Below are positions 46,258 to 56,212 of a stretch of DNA of 64,000 nucleotides, in pieces. The stretch is from an uncultured Chitinophagales bacterium. GTDB lineage: Bacteria; Bacteroidota; Bacteroidia; Chitinophagales; JADIYW01. The notes beneath the pieces are model-generated. The model saw nothing but the letters and a program-made list of their open reading frames with translations, ran no database searches and was not told where the DNA came from. Where the stretch lies: NCBI GenBank assembly GCA_964507125.1, contig CAZDOT010000009.1:13463-77462 (forward strand). Reading direction: 5' to 3'. A program made the translations under genes and the position numbers. The stretch's first letter is position 1. Every line of letters starts with the position of its first letter.

Positions 46258-47298
46258 TTATTTTTTTTCCATTTTTTTGCCTTCTACACTTAGTGTTGCG
46301 TGTGGCACCACCATCAATCTTTCTTTAGGAATTAGTTTGCCGGTTTCTCTACAAATTCCGTACGATTTATTTTCAATGCGTACCAATGCACTTTCTAAAT
46401 GTGAAATAAGTTTTTGCATGCGTACTACAATTTGGTTCATATTTTCTCTTTCAGAAGTAGAAGAACCATCATCAATACTTGCAAATTCTGTTTGTGATTC
46501 AGAGGCACTTTTGATTTGATCTACATAGAAATCAATTTCATCTTTTGCTTTTGCAATTTTCTTTTGAATTACTTCTTTAAAGATGGCTAAATCCGCATCG
46601 CTATATCTAGCTACCAATGTTTCCATTTGTTTTACTTCAACTTTTGGTCTGTGTACAATCGGTGCTATCGGTTGTTCTACTTTTTTCTTTTCTATTTTTT
46701 TAGACAACGGTTTTTCAATTGCTTTTTTCGGTTTTTCTGGTGGAGCAATTGGTTTAGGTGCCGACTTTACTACTGGTTTGCTAACTGGTTTAGGTGTAGC
46801 TTTAGCAATAGTTTTAGCTGCTGGTTTAGTAACCTTTTTAGGTGCTACTGTTTTCTTTGCAGGCTTTGCCGGTGCCGTCACTTTTTTTGCAGGTTTTGCT
46901 GCTACTTTTTTTATCGGAGCTGCTACTTTTTTTGCAGGTTTCGCCGCTGCTTTTTTTATTGGAGCAGTTACTTTTTTTGCGGGTTTTGCTATAGCCTTTT
47001 TCGCCGGAGCGACTACTTTTTTAGTAGGTTTTGCTGCAGCTACTTTTTTGGTAGTTTTTATAGGTGCCACCTTTTTAGCTATCGGTTTTACTGCTTTCTT
47101 TACAGCTTTTGCCGTTGCTTTTACAGGTGTTTTTGCTGCTGCTTTTTTAGTAGGTTTTGCTGCGGTAGCTTTCGGTTTGGTAGCTACTTTTTTAGCTACC
47201 GGTTTTGCAACTTTTTTAGGAGCAGCGGGTTTTGCTATTGCTTTTTTAATTGGAGCTTTTTTTGCAATCGTTTTTGTTTTCTTAGTCACTTTTGCCAT
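46258..47298 (-). CDS. DksA/TraR-family protein with a ~220-aa N-terminal histone-H1-like Lys/Ala/Pro-rich repeat extension
   Basis: The C-terminal 122 aa (METLVARYSDADLAIFKEV...SYGICRETGKLIPKERLMVVPHATLSVEGK) resembles the short Bacteroidota TraR/DksA protein found between ileS and lspA. The N-terminal part is AKKxxAKPAKK-type repeats. The ATG lies 3 nt after the ileS stop. Confidence 0.8.
   Translation of the reverse strand: MAKVTKKTKTIAKKAPIKKAIAKPAAPKKVAKPVAKKVATKPKATAAKPTKKAAAKTPVKATAKAVKKAVKPIAKKVAPIKTTKKVAAAKPTKKVVAPAKKAIAKPAKKVTAPIKKAAAKPAKKVAAPIKKVAAKPAKKVTAPAKPAKKTVAPKKVTKPAAKTIAKATPKPVSKPVVKSAPKPIAPPEKPKKAIEKPLSKKIEKKKVEQPIAPIVHRPKVEVKQMETLVARYSDADLAIFKEVIQKKIAKAKDEIDFYVDQIKSASESQTEFASIDDGSSTSERENMNQIVVRMQKLISHLESALVRIENKSYGICRETGKLIPKERLMVVPHATLSVEGKKMEKK
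46855..46989 (-). repeat. three tandem 45-nt coding repeats (AKPAKKV[T/A]APIKK[A/V]A) inside the H1-like extension
   Basis: On the plus strand, ACTTTTTTTGC(A/G)GGTTT(T/C)GC recurs at about 46880, 46925 and 46970. These are protein residues 104-148. Confidence 0.85.
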
Positions 47299-47301
47299 AA
47301 T

Positions 47302-50300
47302 CTATGCTTTTTGAATGAATATATATAATTCCTCACCATTTATATCAAACGCTTTCGCATCAGATATGTTGTCGGCAAGAATAATATCTTTAGCTAAGGT
47401 TTCATTACAAATATATTCTTTATAAGTATTCAAAACACCATTGAGAACCAATTGATTTTGCACATGTATGAATATCTTGTCAGTAACTTCAAAATCCGAT
47501 TCTTTTCGCTCCGTTTGAATTCGGTTTACTATTTCTCTGGCAAAGCCTTCATTTTTTAATTCTTCAGAGATATGGATGTCTAATGCTACTGTAATTCCGT
47601 TGTTGCTGGCTACCAACCATCCTTGGATATCATCAGAAATTATCTCCACTTCTTCCAATAAAATATTGAATTTTTCATCTTCTAATTGAATGTCGATATG
47701 ACCATTTTTTTCCAAAAGTTGGATGTCTTCATTCGATAGGTTTTGAATATGCTCCGATGCCGCTTTCATTTTTCCACCTAATTTTTTTCCCAATAATTTG
47801 AAATTAGGTTTTACTTTTTTAGAGATAATGCCGGATGTATCGCTGATATATTCTATCTCTTTTACATTTACTTCCGATAAAATCAATCCTTTTACTTTAT
47901 CTACTTGTGCAATAAAATTTTTATCGATGGCTGGCACTAATATTTTTTGTAGAGGTTGGCGAACTTTTATTTTTGTTTTCTTTCTTAAAGATAAAACTAA
48001 GGAAGAGATTTCTTGTGCCCATTCCATTCGTTGTTCTAATGCCGTATCTATTGCATTTTCATTGCCATTTTCTAATTGGGAAAGATGAATGGATGAAGTA
48101 GTGCCTAATAAATTTTGCCATAACCAATCGCTAAAGAAAGGTGCTATTGGACTCATCAATTGAGCCACTGTTTGTAAACATTCAAACAAGGTTTCAAATG
48201 CGGCTCTTTTATCTTGTGATAATTCGTTGCCCCAAAATCTACGACGACACAAACGCACGTACCAATTGGATAAATGTTCTATCACAAAATCTTCTATTAA
48301 GCGAGCTGCTTTGGTTGGTTCATAGTCATTGTATGCAGCAGCAGCTTCATTGGTTAGTGAGTGTAATTTAGAAATTACCCAACGGTCAATTTCTGCTCTA
48401 TCAGCTAAAGGTGTGCATTTTTGACTATCAATACAAAATCCATCTATGTTAGCATAAATGGCAAAGAAGTTATACGTATTATACAACGTACCGAAAAGTT
48501 TTCTGCCGGTTTCTGCCAATCCTTCTTCGTCAAATTTAAGATTATCCCACGGCTGTGAATTGGAAATCATATACCAACGTGTAACGTCAGCACCATATTT
48601 TTCAATGGTTTTAAATGGATCCACTGTGTTGCCTTTTGATTTAGACATTTTGTTTCCATTTTTATCCAATACCAAACCGTTAGAAACAACATTTTTATAA
48701 GCAACGGAATCAAACAACATTGTAGCAATGGCATGTAAAGTATAAAACCAACCACGTGTTTGGTCAACGCCTTCTGCAATAAAGTCTGCCGGGAAAGATT
48801 GTTGGAATGTTTCTTTGTTTTCAAATGGGAAATGCCATTGTGCATACGGCATCGCACCACTGTCAAACCATACATCAATTAAATCGCTTTCTCTTCGCAT
48901 TGGTTTGCCACTTGCAGATACTAAAATAATATCATCCACAAATGGTTTGTGTAAATCAAATGTCGCATTCAATATAGATTTATCCATCCATCCGGCATCT
49001 ATCGATTTTTGCATTTCTCCTTTTAATTCTTCTACAGAGCCAATGCAAATTTCTTCCTCTTTATCTTCCGTTCTCCAAATAGGTAAAGGTGTTCCCCAAT
49101 AACGAGTTCTGGATAAATTCCAATCTATTAAATTTTCTAACCATTGTCCAAAACGACCGGTTCCGGTGCTTTCCGGTTTCCAATTAATGGTTTTATTTAA
49201 AGCAACCATGCGCTCTTTTACGGCGGTAACACGTATAAACCAAGAATCTAATGGATAATAAATAATGGGTTTGTCGGTACGCCAACAATGCGGATAAGAG
49301 TGTTCGTATTTTTCTACTTTAAATGCTTTGTTTTCTTTTTTTAGTTGGATAGAAATATCGATGTCAACAGAAACGTAATTAGGTTCATTTTTATAATCTT
49401 TTACATATCTACCCGAAAATACACCTACGCCGTCGATAAATTTTCCTTCTAAATCAACCAAGGTTAATGCACCGATGCCATTTTCTGCAGCCACTTTCAT
49501 GTCATCAGCACCAAAGCTTGGAGCTATATGTACAATTCCAGTACCGTCTGATGTGGTAACAAAATCACCCGTAATAACACGGAATGCATCGCCATTTATT
49601 TTGTCTTTTTGATTGGCTTCAAAAGGTAATAATTGCTCGTAACGAATGCCGGCAAGTTCTTTCCCTTTACACGTTTTTAAAATTTGATAAGGCAAATTTT
49701 TCCCATCTTGAGCATACGATGCAAAATCTTTCTGTTCATTTTCCGGTTGAAAATATTTAGATAGTAAATCTTTGGCTAAAATTAAATTAACAGGTAATTG
49801 TGTGTATGGATTAAATGTTTTAATCAATACATAATCGATGGCTGCGCCTACAGCTAATGCCGTGTTGGATGGCAAGGTCCATGGTGTGGTGGTCCATGCC
49901 AAGAAATAATAGGCTTCGTCTTTGTTTGCAAAGAATGTATTTTCTTGTACAGATGCTGTTTCTATTTTAAATTGAGCAACAGCACTTGTATCTTTTACAT
50001 CTTTATAGCAACCCGGCAAGTTGAGTTCCGCAGAACTTAAGCCTGTTCCGGCAGCCGGAGAATAAGGTTGTATTTTGTACCCTTTATAGAGGAAATCTTT
50101 TTTGTATAATTCTTTTAAAATCCACCATACACTTTCGATATAGTTATTGTCAAAGGTGATATATGGATTTTCTAAGTCCACCCAATAGCCCATTTTTTGA
50201 GTAATGTCATCCCATATATCTTTGTATTTCATTACTTCCTCACGGCATTTTTGGTTGTATTCCGCCACTGAAATTTTGGTGCCGATATCTTTTTTGGTGA

Positions 50301-50616
50301 TGCCTAATAATTTTTCTACTTGTAACTCTACCGGAAGACCATGTGTGTCCCAACCGCCTTTTCGTTTTACTTGATAACCTTGTATGGTTTTAAATCGGCA
50401 GAAAATATCTTTAATGGTACGAGCTAATACGTGGTGAATGCCCGGCATACCGTTGGCACTTGGTGGTCCTTCGTAAAACACATACGGCGTTTTGCCTTCG
50501 CGTTCGTGGATGCTTTTTTCAAAAATGGCATTGGATTTCCAGAATTGGGCAATTTCATTTTCAATCTGTGCTTGAGTCAGGTTTTTTACTTCTCTGTATT
50601 GCTTTGCTTTCGACAT
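47302..50616 (-). CDS. ileS: isoleucine--tRNA ligase (long, type 2-like form)
   Basis: PPSANGMPGIHHV (HIGH), KMSKSKGN (KMSKS), and ~1104 aa from ATG 50616. 50631 is a TTG. Confidence 0.97.
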   Translation of the reverse strand: MSKAKQYREVKNLTQAQIENEIAQFWKSNAIFEKSIHEREGKTPYVFYEGPPSANGMPGIHHVLARTIKDIFCRFKTIQGYQVKRKGGWDTHGLPVELQVEKLLGITKKDIGTKISVAEYNQKCREEVMKYKDIWDDITQKMGYWVDLENPYITFDNNYIESVWWILKELYKKDFLYKGYKIQPYSPAAGTGLSSAELNLPGCYKDVKDTSAVAQFKIETASVQENTFFANKDEAYYFLAWTTTPWTLPSNTALAVGAAIDYVLIKTFNPYTQLPVNLILAKDLLSKYFQPENEQKDFASYAQDGKNLPYQILKTCKGKELAGIRYEQLLPFEANQKDKINGDAFRVITGDFVTTSDGTGIVHIAPSFGADDMKVAAENGIGALTLVDLEGKFIDGVGVFSGRYVKDYKNEPNYVSVDIDISIQLKKENKAFKVEKYEHSYPHCWRTDKPIIYYPLDSWFIRVTAVKERMVALNKTINWKPESTGTGRFGQWLENLIDWNLSRTRYWGTPLPIWRTEDKEEEICIGSVEELKGEMQKSIDAGWMDKSILNATFDLHKPFVDDIILVSASGKPMRRESDLIDVWFDSGAMPYAQWHFPFENKETFQQSFPADFIAEGVDQTRGWFYTLHAIATMLFDSVAYKNVVSNGLVLDKNGNKMSKSKGNTVDPFKTIEKYGADVTRWYMISNSQPWDNLKFDEEGLAETGRKLFGTLYNTYNFFAIYANIDGFCIDSQKCTPLADRAEIDRWVISKLHSLTNEAAAAYNDYEPTKAARLIEDFVIEHLSNWYVRLCRRRFWGNELSQDKRAAFETLFECLQTVAQLMSPIAPFFSDWLWQNLLGTTSSIHLSQLENGNENAIDTALEQRMEWAQEISSLVLSLRKKTKIKVRQPLQKILVPAIDKNFIAQVDKVKGLILSEVNVKEIEYISDTSGIISKKVKPNFKLLGKKLGGKMKAASEHIQNLSNEDIQLLEKNGHIDIQLEDEKFNILLEEVEIISDDIQGWLVASNNGITVALDIHISEELKNEGFAREIVNRIQTERKESDFEVTDKIFIHVQNQLVLNGVLNTYKEYICNETLAKDIILADNISDAKAFDINGEELYIFIQKA

Positions 50617-50642
50617 ATCGATATCCTCCAAAAAAATTTGGG

Positions 50643-50650
50643 CAAAGATA
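50643..50650 (-). promoter_or_regulatory. TAnnTTTG (-7) box upstream of ileS
   Basis: The minus strand reads TATCTTTG, 26 nt upstream of ATG 50616. Confidence 0.3.
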
Positions 50651-50737
50651 CTAAAACCTACATAAATATGCGGAAATATACAATTATATCTACCTTAAAG
50701 TAAGGTAAAAATGGGATTTTTGAAGTATTTGAGCCGT

Positions 50738-52438
50738 TTAAAATAGGATAGGCACATCGTAATATCGATTAAAGATATTAGTTGCGAATGATACCATAAA
50801 AGAGTTGCTTTTTAAACCTTGTGTTCCTAAGGATTTTGAGGTGTATTTTCTGAATTGCAATTTACCTTCTACTACCATATTTATCTTAGGATTTAATATG
50901 AAGCCTGCTCGTATTTCGTGATCCATAATGTTGTATGAAAATCCATTTTGTATTTTCACATTGTTTAAGGTAGAAGCTTGTGATGCAATGTCGGTTACAT
51001 TGTTTCCAAAATTTTGATAAATAGATGAATCGGCTGCGGTTTGGATGTAGGACATTTTATACGAAGCATAGTAGCGTTTGTATTGATAATTCAACATCAC
51101 TAAGTATTCATTAAAGTTAGCACCCATTGGATGTCCGAGTGATTGATTGTAATGGAAATAGCCGATAGAACTGTCTTGTCCTTGATAACTATATGGACGA
51201 ACGCTGTTGTATTCTGCTTGGAAATTAAGATTTTTAATACCACCTACGTCAAAATATTTAACGCCAGCTTGCCAGCCCATTCTTCGGTCTGCACTGCCTT
51301 TTTTGCCGTATTTATTAAACATAAATTGGCCATATAAAACAATATATTTTGGCAAGGTAACTTTGATATTGGCACCATAAATTTTTGTTGTGTTGGCATT
51401 TAATTTCTTTTGAAATGCACGTGCTCCAATTAATGGATTTAGGAAATTATAATCAAAAAAAGTATTGCCTTTTGCAGTGGTTCTTCTCCAAGTAATACCT
51501 TCGAAAATGCCGAGTTGCAAAAATTTTGCTGCATCAATACTGAAGTAATTGAAGTTGGCTAACTTACGTGGAAATCCTTGCCCAAAGTCGTTGAAATTTC
51601 TAAGGTTGTCAATTAATTCAGCATAGATATTGGTGTATTTAATACGCCAAACAGTTGTGGTCAGTTGAACATACGGATACGTATAGGCATTATCTGATAA
51701 AAATAAGGAACGATAGCCATCGCCAATAAAATGTTTTCCGTTTCCAACTTGAATATTAAATTGCTTTACCGGCGAATACGAGATATAGGCATTGATGCTA
51801 GAAAAGTCTAAGCCACCTTTGCCTCTGTTGCGTATATTTCCTTCGCCCGGTACAATTCCGGTTTGAGCATTATATATATTGATGTAGGTTGGAAATTTAC
51901 CAACGGTATTTAAAAAGGAAGTATAGATAGTTACTTTACTACCGATATCTGCACGTATTTCCAAGCCTTTTAAGTTATATGTCAATAAGCGTTTGGCAGA
52001 AACATCGTAACCAAAACCAATATTTAAAATGGGATTAATGGCTACATATGCTTTTCTTTTTTTATACCCTTTGTCGTAAATATTATCTTCATAGAAAACA
52101 GAATCTTTTGCTAAAATTTTGCCATAATGTTTGATGTAGCCATGGTCATCAAATTCTATTAAATTTTCATATCCAAATACATTGACAAATTTGCTGAACC
52201 AATTGGTGTGTGGCACGCGCTCAAAATGTTGCACTGTGTCCGGATATACAAATTCGTAAACTTGGTCGGCTTTGTATGGTTTTACAGCAGAATGGAAAAC
52301 TTTCTTATCAAAAGCATTTAATGATTTCTCATAATTGAGCATCATATTTCTGTTGAGAGGTAGGTTTTCTTGTTGAGCAAAAGTGGAAACAAAAGCTATT
52401 AACAGAATGGATAGTAACGTGTATTTTTTAGAATGCAT
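50738..52438 (-). CDS. outer-membrane beta-barrel protein (possibly Wzi/RemB-like capsule/EPS-associated)
   Basis: Signal peptide MHSKKYTLLSILLIAFVSTFAQQ, alternating beta-strand-like sequence, and a terminal aromatic residue (...VPILF). It overlaps the upstream sugar-transferase gene. The family name is tentative. Confidence 0.6.
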   Translation of the reverse strand: MHSKKYTLLSILLIAFVSTFAQQENLPLNRNMMLNYEKSLNAFDKKVFHSAVKPYKADQVYEFVYPDTVQHFERVPHTNWFSKFVNVFGYENLIEFDDHGYIKHYGKILAKDSVFYEDNIYDKGYKKRKAYVAINPILNIGFGYDVSAKRLLTYNLKGLEIRADIGSKVTIYTSFLNTVGKFPTYINIYNAQTGIVPGEGNIRNRGKGGLDFSSINAYISYSPVKQFNIQVGNGKHFIGDGYRSLFLSDNAYTYPYVQLTTTVWRIKYTNIYAELIDNLRNFNDFGQGFPRKLANFNYFSIDAAKFLQLGIFEGITWRRTTAKGNTFFDYNFLNPLIGARAFQKKLNANTTKIYGANIKVTLPKYIVLYGQFMFNKYGKKGSADRRMGWQAGVKYFDVGGIKNLNFQAEYNSVRPYSYQGQDSSIGYFHYNQSLGHPMGANFNEYLVMLNYQYKRYYASYKMSYIQTAADSSIYQNFGNNVTDIASQASTLNNVKIQNGFSYNIMDHEIRAGFILNPKINMVVEGKLQFRKYTSKSLGTQGLKSNSFMVSFATNIFNRYYDVPILF

Positions 52439-53843
52439 TTTCTTCACCGCGAATCATATTGATTATAGTCATGATAATAATTTTGACATCTAAGCCGAAA
52501 CTCCAATTTTCGATATACCAAACATCCGCACGTACTCTTCCTTCCATGTCGGTAACATCTTTTGTTTCGCCTCGATAGCCGTTCACTTGAGCCCATCCGG
52601 TTATGCCGGGTTTCACCAAATGTCTGACCATAAATTTATCAATAATTTTTGAATATTCTTCAGTATGCTTCAACATGTGTGGTCGTGGGCCAATTACAGA
52701 CATCTGTCCAAAGAACACGTTGAAGAATTGTGGCATCTCATCTAAGTTGGTTCTTCGTAAAATTTTGCCAATAGGTGTGATGCGTTCGTCGTTTCTAGTT
52801 GCTTGTAATTGATGTGCACGATTGTTTACATACATCGTTCTAAATTTAATAACTCGGAACGATTTGTTTTTAATTCCCGAACGTTCTTGCATAAAAAATA
52901 CAGGACCTTTGGACGTTATTTTGATGATGATGGCCACCAAAGGAATAAACCACCAAAGTATAGTGATGAAAACCAAAATGGAAAAGCAGATATCAAAATT
53001 CCTTTTTATGAAACGATTGACAATATTTTCCAAAGGTTCGCTACGCAATGTCATTACCGGAATTGGACCATAATAATCTATCTCTACTTTATTGAGATGA
53101 TGCGTTAAGAATCGAGATAAATCCGGTACAATTTTTACACGTATAAGGTTTTCATCGCCGAATTGAATAAGCTCTTTAATGCGTTCTTCTTCTTGATAAG
53201 GCAAGGCACAAAATAATTCATCTATTTGATGCTCCATTGCATAGGTTTTGGCGTCTTCAATTGAGCCAATAATATGCTTTTGAATTTCGGGTTTGAATTT
53301 GCTTGGGTTATCATCAAAGAAACCTAAAAATTGATAACCATACTCAATCTTGTGGTCGAGCATGTCTTTAAATTCTTGTGCAGAATCGCCGGCGCCAATA
53401 ATTAATACTTTTCGGTTGTTGAAGCCACGTGCCCTATATATACGCACAATCTTGATAAATCCAAACCGCCAAATAAGTGTAAAAAAGAAGGATAATGTAT
53501 AAGTGATTAATAAAACTTCTCTGGATAATTTAAATGTTTGATTGAAATCTTTAAATATAACGATGTATGAAAAGGATAAAACAATTTCTAAGAAAAACAA
53601 TCGCAACAATGCTGATAAAAGTGTGAAAAAACGAGTGTTTCGGTACATGTCAAACGTGCCGGAAAGCTGTGCTGCAAATAAATAAATGATGTTGAGATAA
53701 ATCCAAAGTTGTAGATATTTTGGCTCAAAAAGATGCTTGTAATCCCAACTGATGACATGCCCAAAAATATACGCTGTATTCAAGATGAAAATATCACCCA
53801 AAGCATGCAATAAAACGTATAAATTGGTAATCTTTTTTCTCAT
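52428..53843 (-). CDS. undecaprenyl-phosphate sugar phosphotransferase (WcaJ/WbaP-like exopolysaccharide initiating enzyme)
   Basis: Four to five N-terminal TM segments, then a bacterial sugar-transferase domain (KRNFDICFS...SKGPVFFMQERSG...FRVIKFRTM...DEMPQFFNV..G.MSVIGPRP). Confidence 0.92.
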   Translation of the reverse strand: MRKKITNLYVLLHALGDIFILNTAYIFGHVISWDYKHLFEPKYLQLWIYLNIIYLFAAQLSGTFDMYRNTRFFTLLSALLRLFFLEIVLSFSYIVIFKDFNQTFKLSREVLLITYTLSFFFTLIWRFGFIKIVRIYRARGFNNRKVLIIGAGDSAQEFKDMLDHKIEYGYQFLGFFDDNPSKFKPEIQKHIIGSIEDAKTYAMEHQIDELFCALPYQEEERIKELIQFGDENLIRVKIVPDLSRFLTHHLNKVEIDYYGPIPVMTLRSEPLENIVNRFIKRNFDICFSILVFITILWWFIPLVAIIIKITSKGPVFFMQERSGIKNKSFRVIKFRTMYVNNRAHQLQATRNDERITPIGKILRRTNLDEMPQFFNVFFGQMSVIGPRPHMLKHTEEYSKIIDKFMVRHLVKPGITGWAQVNGYRGETKDVTDMEGRVRADVWYIENWSFGLDVKIIIMTIINMIRGEENAF

Positions 53844-54257
53844 TTTTTTATAATCGTTTCACCTAAAAAATAATTGCCTTAATGGTAATTATTAATGCAT
53901 TTTCTATTATCACAATAAAAAATAGGTTGGCGTTAATTGTTTAGTTATTTTCTTTATTTAATAAGTTGAAAGTTCAGATAACTGCGTTGCACATGTTAAG
54001 CAGAATTTAAAAAATATTAAACAAATTAAAATCGACTTTAAACAAAAATACAAGACATTTCTTAATTATTAGTCAAAAAATGGAAATAATTCGTATATAA
54101 ATTTCGACTTCGCAGTATATAAGTAACTGTTTCTGACAAGTACCTAAGTAGGTTGTTCAGAATGTTCATATTTTTTCTCTAAATTTTTATGGAATTTTTT
54201 CATTTCGGACTCTTAATAGTATACATTTGTTGAACGAACGAAATAAACAAGAAGAAT

Positions 54258-55283
54258 ATGAGTAAAGAAGACAAAGTAGCCAAAGAGGCTATCTCCGAAA
54301 AAGCCAAAGCATTACAACTTACACTAGAAAAACTAGATAAACAATACGGCAAAGGTACGGTGATGAAATTGGGTGATAACTCAATCGTTGAGTCGGAAGT
54401 TATATCAACCGGTTCATTAGGTTTGGATTTAGCATTAGGTATTGGCGGTATTCCCAAAGGAAGAATTATTGAAATTTACGGTCCGGAATCTTCCGGTAAA
54501 ACGACATTGGCAATTCATGCCATAGCTGAAGCTCAAAAACGAGGTGGCATTTGTGCTATTATAGATGCAGAACACGCATTTGATAAAAAGTATGCAGAAG
54601 CCTTGGGTGTGGACACAGATAATTTATACATCACTCAACCGGATGATGGTGAACAAGCATTGGACATTGCAGAGCAATTAATTCGTTCTGCGGCGATAGA
54701 TTTAGTAGTAGTAGACTCTGTTGCGGCATTAGTACCACGCAGTGAGATAGAAGGAGAAATGGGCGATAGCAAAATGGGCTTGCATGCCCGTTTGATGAGC
54801 CAAGCTATGCGTAAATTAACTGGTGCAATTAATAAAACATCTTGCAGTTGTATTTTCATCAATCAGTTAAGAGAGAAAATAGGTGTGATGTTTGGTAATC
54901 CGGAAACAACGACCGGTGGTAATGCCTTGAAGTTCTATGCCTCTATCCGTTTAGATATTCGCCGTGTCGGACAAATAAAAGATAAAGAAGGTAACGTGAT
55001 TGGAAATCAAACCAAAGTGAAAGTAGTAAAAAATAAATTGGCACCACCGTTTAAAGTAGCTGAGTTTGATATCATGTTTGGCAAAGGCGTTTCTAAAGAA
55101 GGCGAGATTGTGGACATGGGTGCTGAATTAGGTATCTTACAAAAAAGTGGTGCTTGGTATAGCTACGAAGGTCAAAAAGTAGGACAAGGTCGCGACCAAG
55201 TGAAACAATTGATGTTGGATAATACGGGATTAGCAGATGAAATAGAAGGAAAAATTAGAGAGCGATTGATGGAAGCGAAATAA
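54258..55283 (+). CDS. recA: recombinase RecA
   Basis: [11 protein letters not shown] Walker [10 protein letters not shown] and [30 protein letters not shown]. Confidence 0.98.
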   Translation: MSKEDKVAKEAISEKAKALQLTLEKLDKQYGKGTVMKLGDNSIVESEVISTGSLGLDLALGIGGIPKGRIIEIYGPESSGKTTLAIHAIAEAQKRGGICAIIDAEHAFDKKYAEALGVDTDNLYITQPDDGEQALDIAEQLIRSAAIDLVVVDSVAALVPRSEIEGEMGDSKMGLHARLMSQAMRKLTGAINKTSCSCIFINQLREKIGVMFGNPETTTGGNALKFYASIRLDIRRVGQIKDKEGNVIGNQTKVKVVKNKLAPPFKVAEFDIMFGKGVSKEGEIVDMGAELGILQKSGAWYSYEGQKVGQGRDQVKQLMLDNTGLADEIEGKIRERLMEAK

Positions 55284-55306
55284 TTTCTATCTCTTTATAA
55301 AAGGAT

Positions 55307-55330
55307 AAAGCCGGCATTTATGCCGGCTTT
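55307..55330. terminator. bidirectional terminator hairpin between recA and psd
   Basis: AAAGCCGGCA, loop TTTA, TGCCGGCTTT (10 bp perfect). Confidence 0.75.
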
Positions 55331-55358
55331 ACTTATAATCAAAAAATGAACTTTTTAT

Positions 55359-56030
55359 TTATTCTGTTGGCAGTTCACCAATAACGGTAATGCCACCTTT
55401 TACTTTTTGTCCAAGTACCACATTTATTTTGGTGTCCAATGGTAAAAACATATCCACGCGTGACCCAAACTTGATGAATCCAAAATCAGCACCTTGCTCA
55501 ATGCTGTCGCCTTCTTCTAAATAGTAAACAATTCTACGAGCCACTTTTCCGGCTATCTGACGCACCAAAACATCTACACTTCCGTTGTCAATAACAATAG
55601 ATGTGCGTTCGTTTTCTGTAGAAGATTTAGGATGCCATGCTACTAAATATTTTCCATCGTGATATTTAGAGTATTTCACTTCACCTTTGATAGGTGCTCT
55701 GTTTACGTGTACATTTGCCGGTGACATAAACACAGACACTTGCAAACGTTTGTCTTCAAAATATTCCGGTTCATATACTTCTTCCACTACTACTATTTTC
55801 CCATCAGCCGGACAAATAATTTTGTCGTCATCTGTGATGAGGTTACGTTTGGGGTTGCGGAAAAAATAAGTAACAAAACAAAAAATCGGAAAAGTGATGC
55901 CAAATACCAACCAGCTAACTGTTGGTCCTGCCTTAAAAACAAAATTTGTAATTAAGTTGATGGCTAAAACTACAGAGAAAGTGGTTAATACAATTTTCCA
56001 ACCTTCTTTATGTATATATGTACGTTTCAT
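55359..56030 (-). CDS. psd: phosphatidylserine decarboxylase family protein (short form)
   Basis: N-terminal TM segments and a C-terminal FGFIKFGSRVD (G-S cleavage/pyruvoyl site). The product is 223 aa. Confidence 0.88.
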   Translation of the reverse strand: MKRTYIHKEGWKIVLTTFSVVLAINLITNFVFKAGPTVSWLVFGITFPIFCFVTYFFRNPKRNLITDDDKIICPADGKIVVVEEVYEPEYFEDKRLQVSVFMSPANVHVNRAPIKGEVKYSKYHDGKYLVAWHPKSSTENERTSIVIDNGSVDVLVRQIAGKVARRIVYYLEEGDSIEQGADFGFIKFGSRVDMFLPLDTKINVVLGQKVKGGITVIGELPTE

Positions 56031-56212
56031 TCAGTTTCTAATTTTACAGGCAATTTTGCTCACCAAAAGTAGGTATAACTTTCTACTTCACAAAAGGAAC
56101 AACGAAATTACAACTTTAGTTCAATCTTTTATTAACCTACGATATTAATTTCATATAAAGTAAAAAATTAATATAGAAAGCGTGTAAGTAATTGATAATT
56201 AATGTCTTTTGG

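Noticed and set aside
46583-47328. Two long + strand ORFs (243 and 233 aa) rich in F, A, G and C.
   Set aside because: They are antisense to the Lys/Ala/Pro repeat region. Repeats of AAA/GCN/CCN codons stay open on the complement. Their products are low-complexity nonsense, whereas the minus-strand frame continues into a recognisable DksA/TraR module.
54154-54168. TGTTCA-N3-TGTTCA about 90 nt upstream of recA, as a possible SOS/LexA box.
   Set aside because: It is a direct repeat, not a palindrome. It matches neither the CTGT-N8-ACAG nor the GAAC-N4-GTTC consensus. The nearby CTGACAA...TTGTTCAG inverted repeat is imperfect. The evidence is not enough to call a regulatory site.
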